This document shows positions 63,764 to 64,000 of a stretch of DNA of 64,000 bases, one piece after another. This DNA comes from Macrostomum lignano. Lineage: Eukaryota. The stretch's first letter is position 1, and each line of letters begins with the position of its first letter. A program made the position numbers and the translations under genes. Location of the stretch: the NCBI GenBank assembly GCA_002269645.1, contig NIVC01000873.1, forward strand, positions 1 through 64,000, read 5' to 3'. The notes beneath the pieces were generated by a model that was given only the letters and a program-made list of their open reading frames with translations, was not told the DNA's origin and made no database searches.

Positions 63764-64000
63764 TTATTCGTTGGTTCTAGCTACCATGCTCAAGGGCACC
63801 ATGCTCAGCCTCATGTTTCCAGGAGCGTTCATCTGCACAACGTTGAAGCACCAGTTAGACAAGTTCCACGCCGGCCGGGGCTCCTGTTCGTCTCTGGAGA
63901 TGGCTTCGATCTTCTTCTGATAAGTAGTCGTGCATAGCGAGACGCTCAGGCTCTCGAACCGGAAGAACAACAGCGTAGCTCGTCTGATTTCAAAGTAGAA
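63764..64000 (-). CDS. Probable 3'-terminal exon of an unidentified gene running off the window edge
   Basis: Frame open from position 64000 to TAA at 63764-63766 (FYFEIRRATLLFFRFESLSVSLCTTTYQKKIEAISRDEQEPRPAWNLSNWCFNVVQMNAPGNMRLSMVPLSMVARTNE*). Codon use is like the other exons, and AATAAA overlaps the stop and recurs downstream. No family recognised. Confidence 0.4.
   Translation of the reverse strand, partial: FYFEIRRATLLFFRFESLSVSLCTTTYQKKIEAISRDEQEPRPAWNLSNWCFNVVQMNAPGNMRLSMVPLSMVARTNE

Overview
Animal genomic DNA with spliceosomal GT-AG introns, not prokaryotic. GC-rich exons, very AT-rich spacers and dense minisatellites resemble a flatworm such as Macrostomum; that assignment is inference only. 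I hand-assembled these genes: 5' exons of ribose-5-phosphate isomerase A (minus strand, absent from the ORF track), a ladybird/Lbx homeobox gene, FAM183/CFAP144, DNA polymerase alpha subunit B (POLA2), ATG13, queuosine salvage QNG1, profilin-4, a divergent EndoU, an intronless tandem-DUF1330 gene, and an unidentified 3' exon at the right edge. Mobile DNA: a long-TIR internally deleted mariner, a decayed THAP/P-element-like transposase, a possible DIRS-type RT relic, an LTR/PBS-like relic and two copies of a tRNA-derived SINE. About 25 tandem arrays account for most long ORFs in the supplied track. I did not find a clearly new multi-gene system. The best leads are a 175-bp EndoU exon fragment captured inside a neighbouring minisatellite, introns and stop-proximal regions repeatedly inflated by private minisatellites (often 20-22, 30-31 or 40 bp), a cluster of RFX-like motifs in the ATG13 intron, strong TAGGCCTA enrichment in AT-rich blocks, and the atypical EndoU and DUF1330 proteins. 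Family assignments rest on motif recognition from memory, not database searches.
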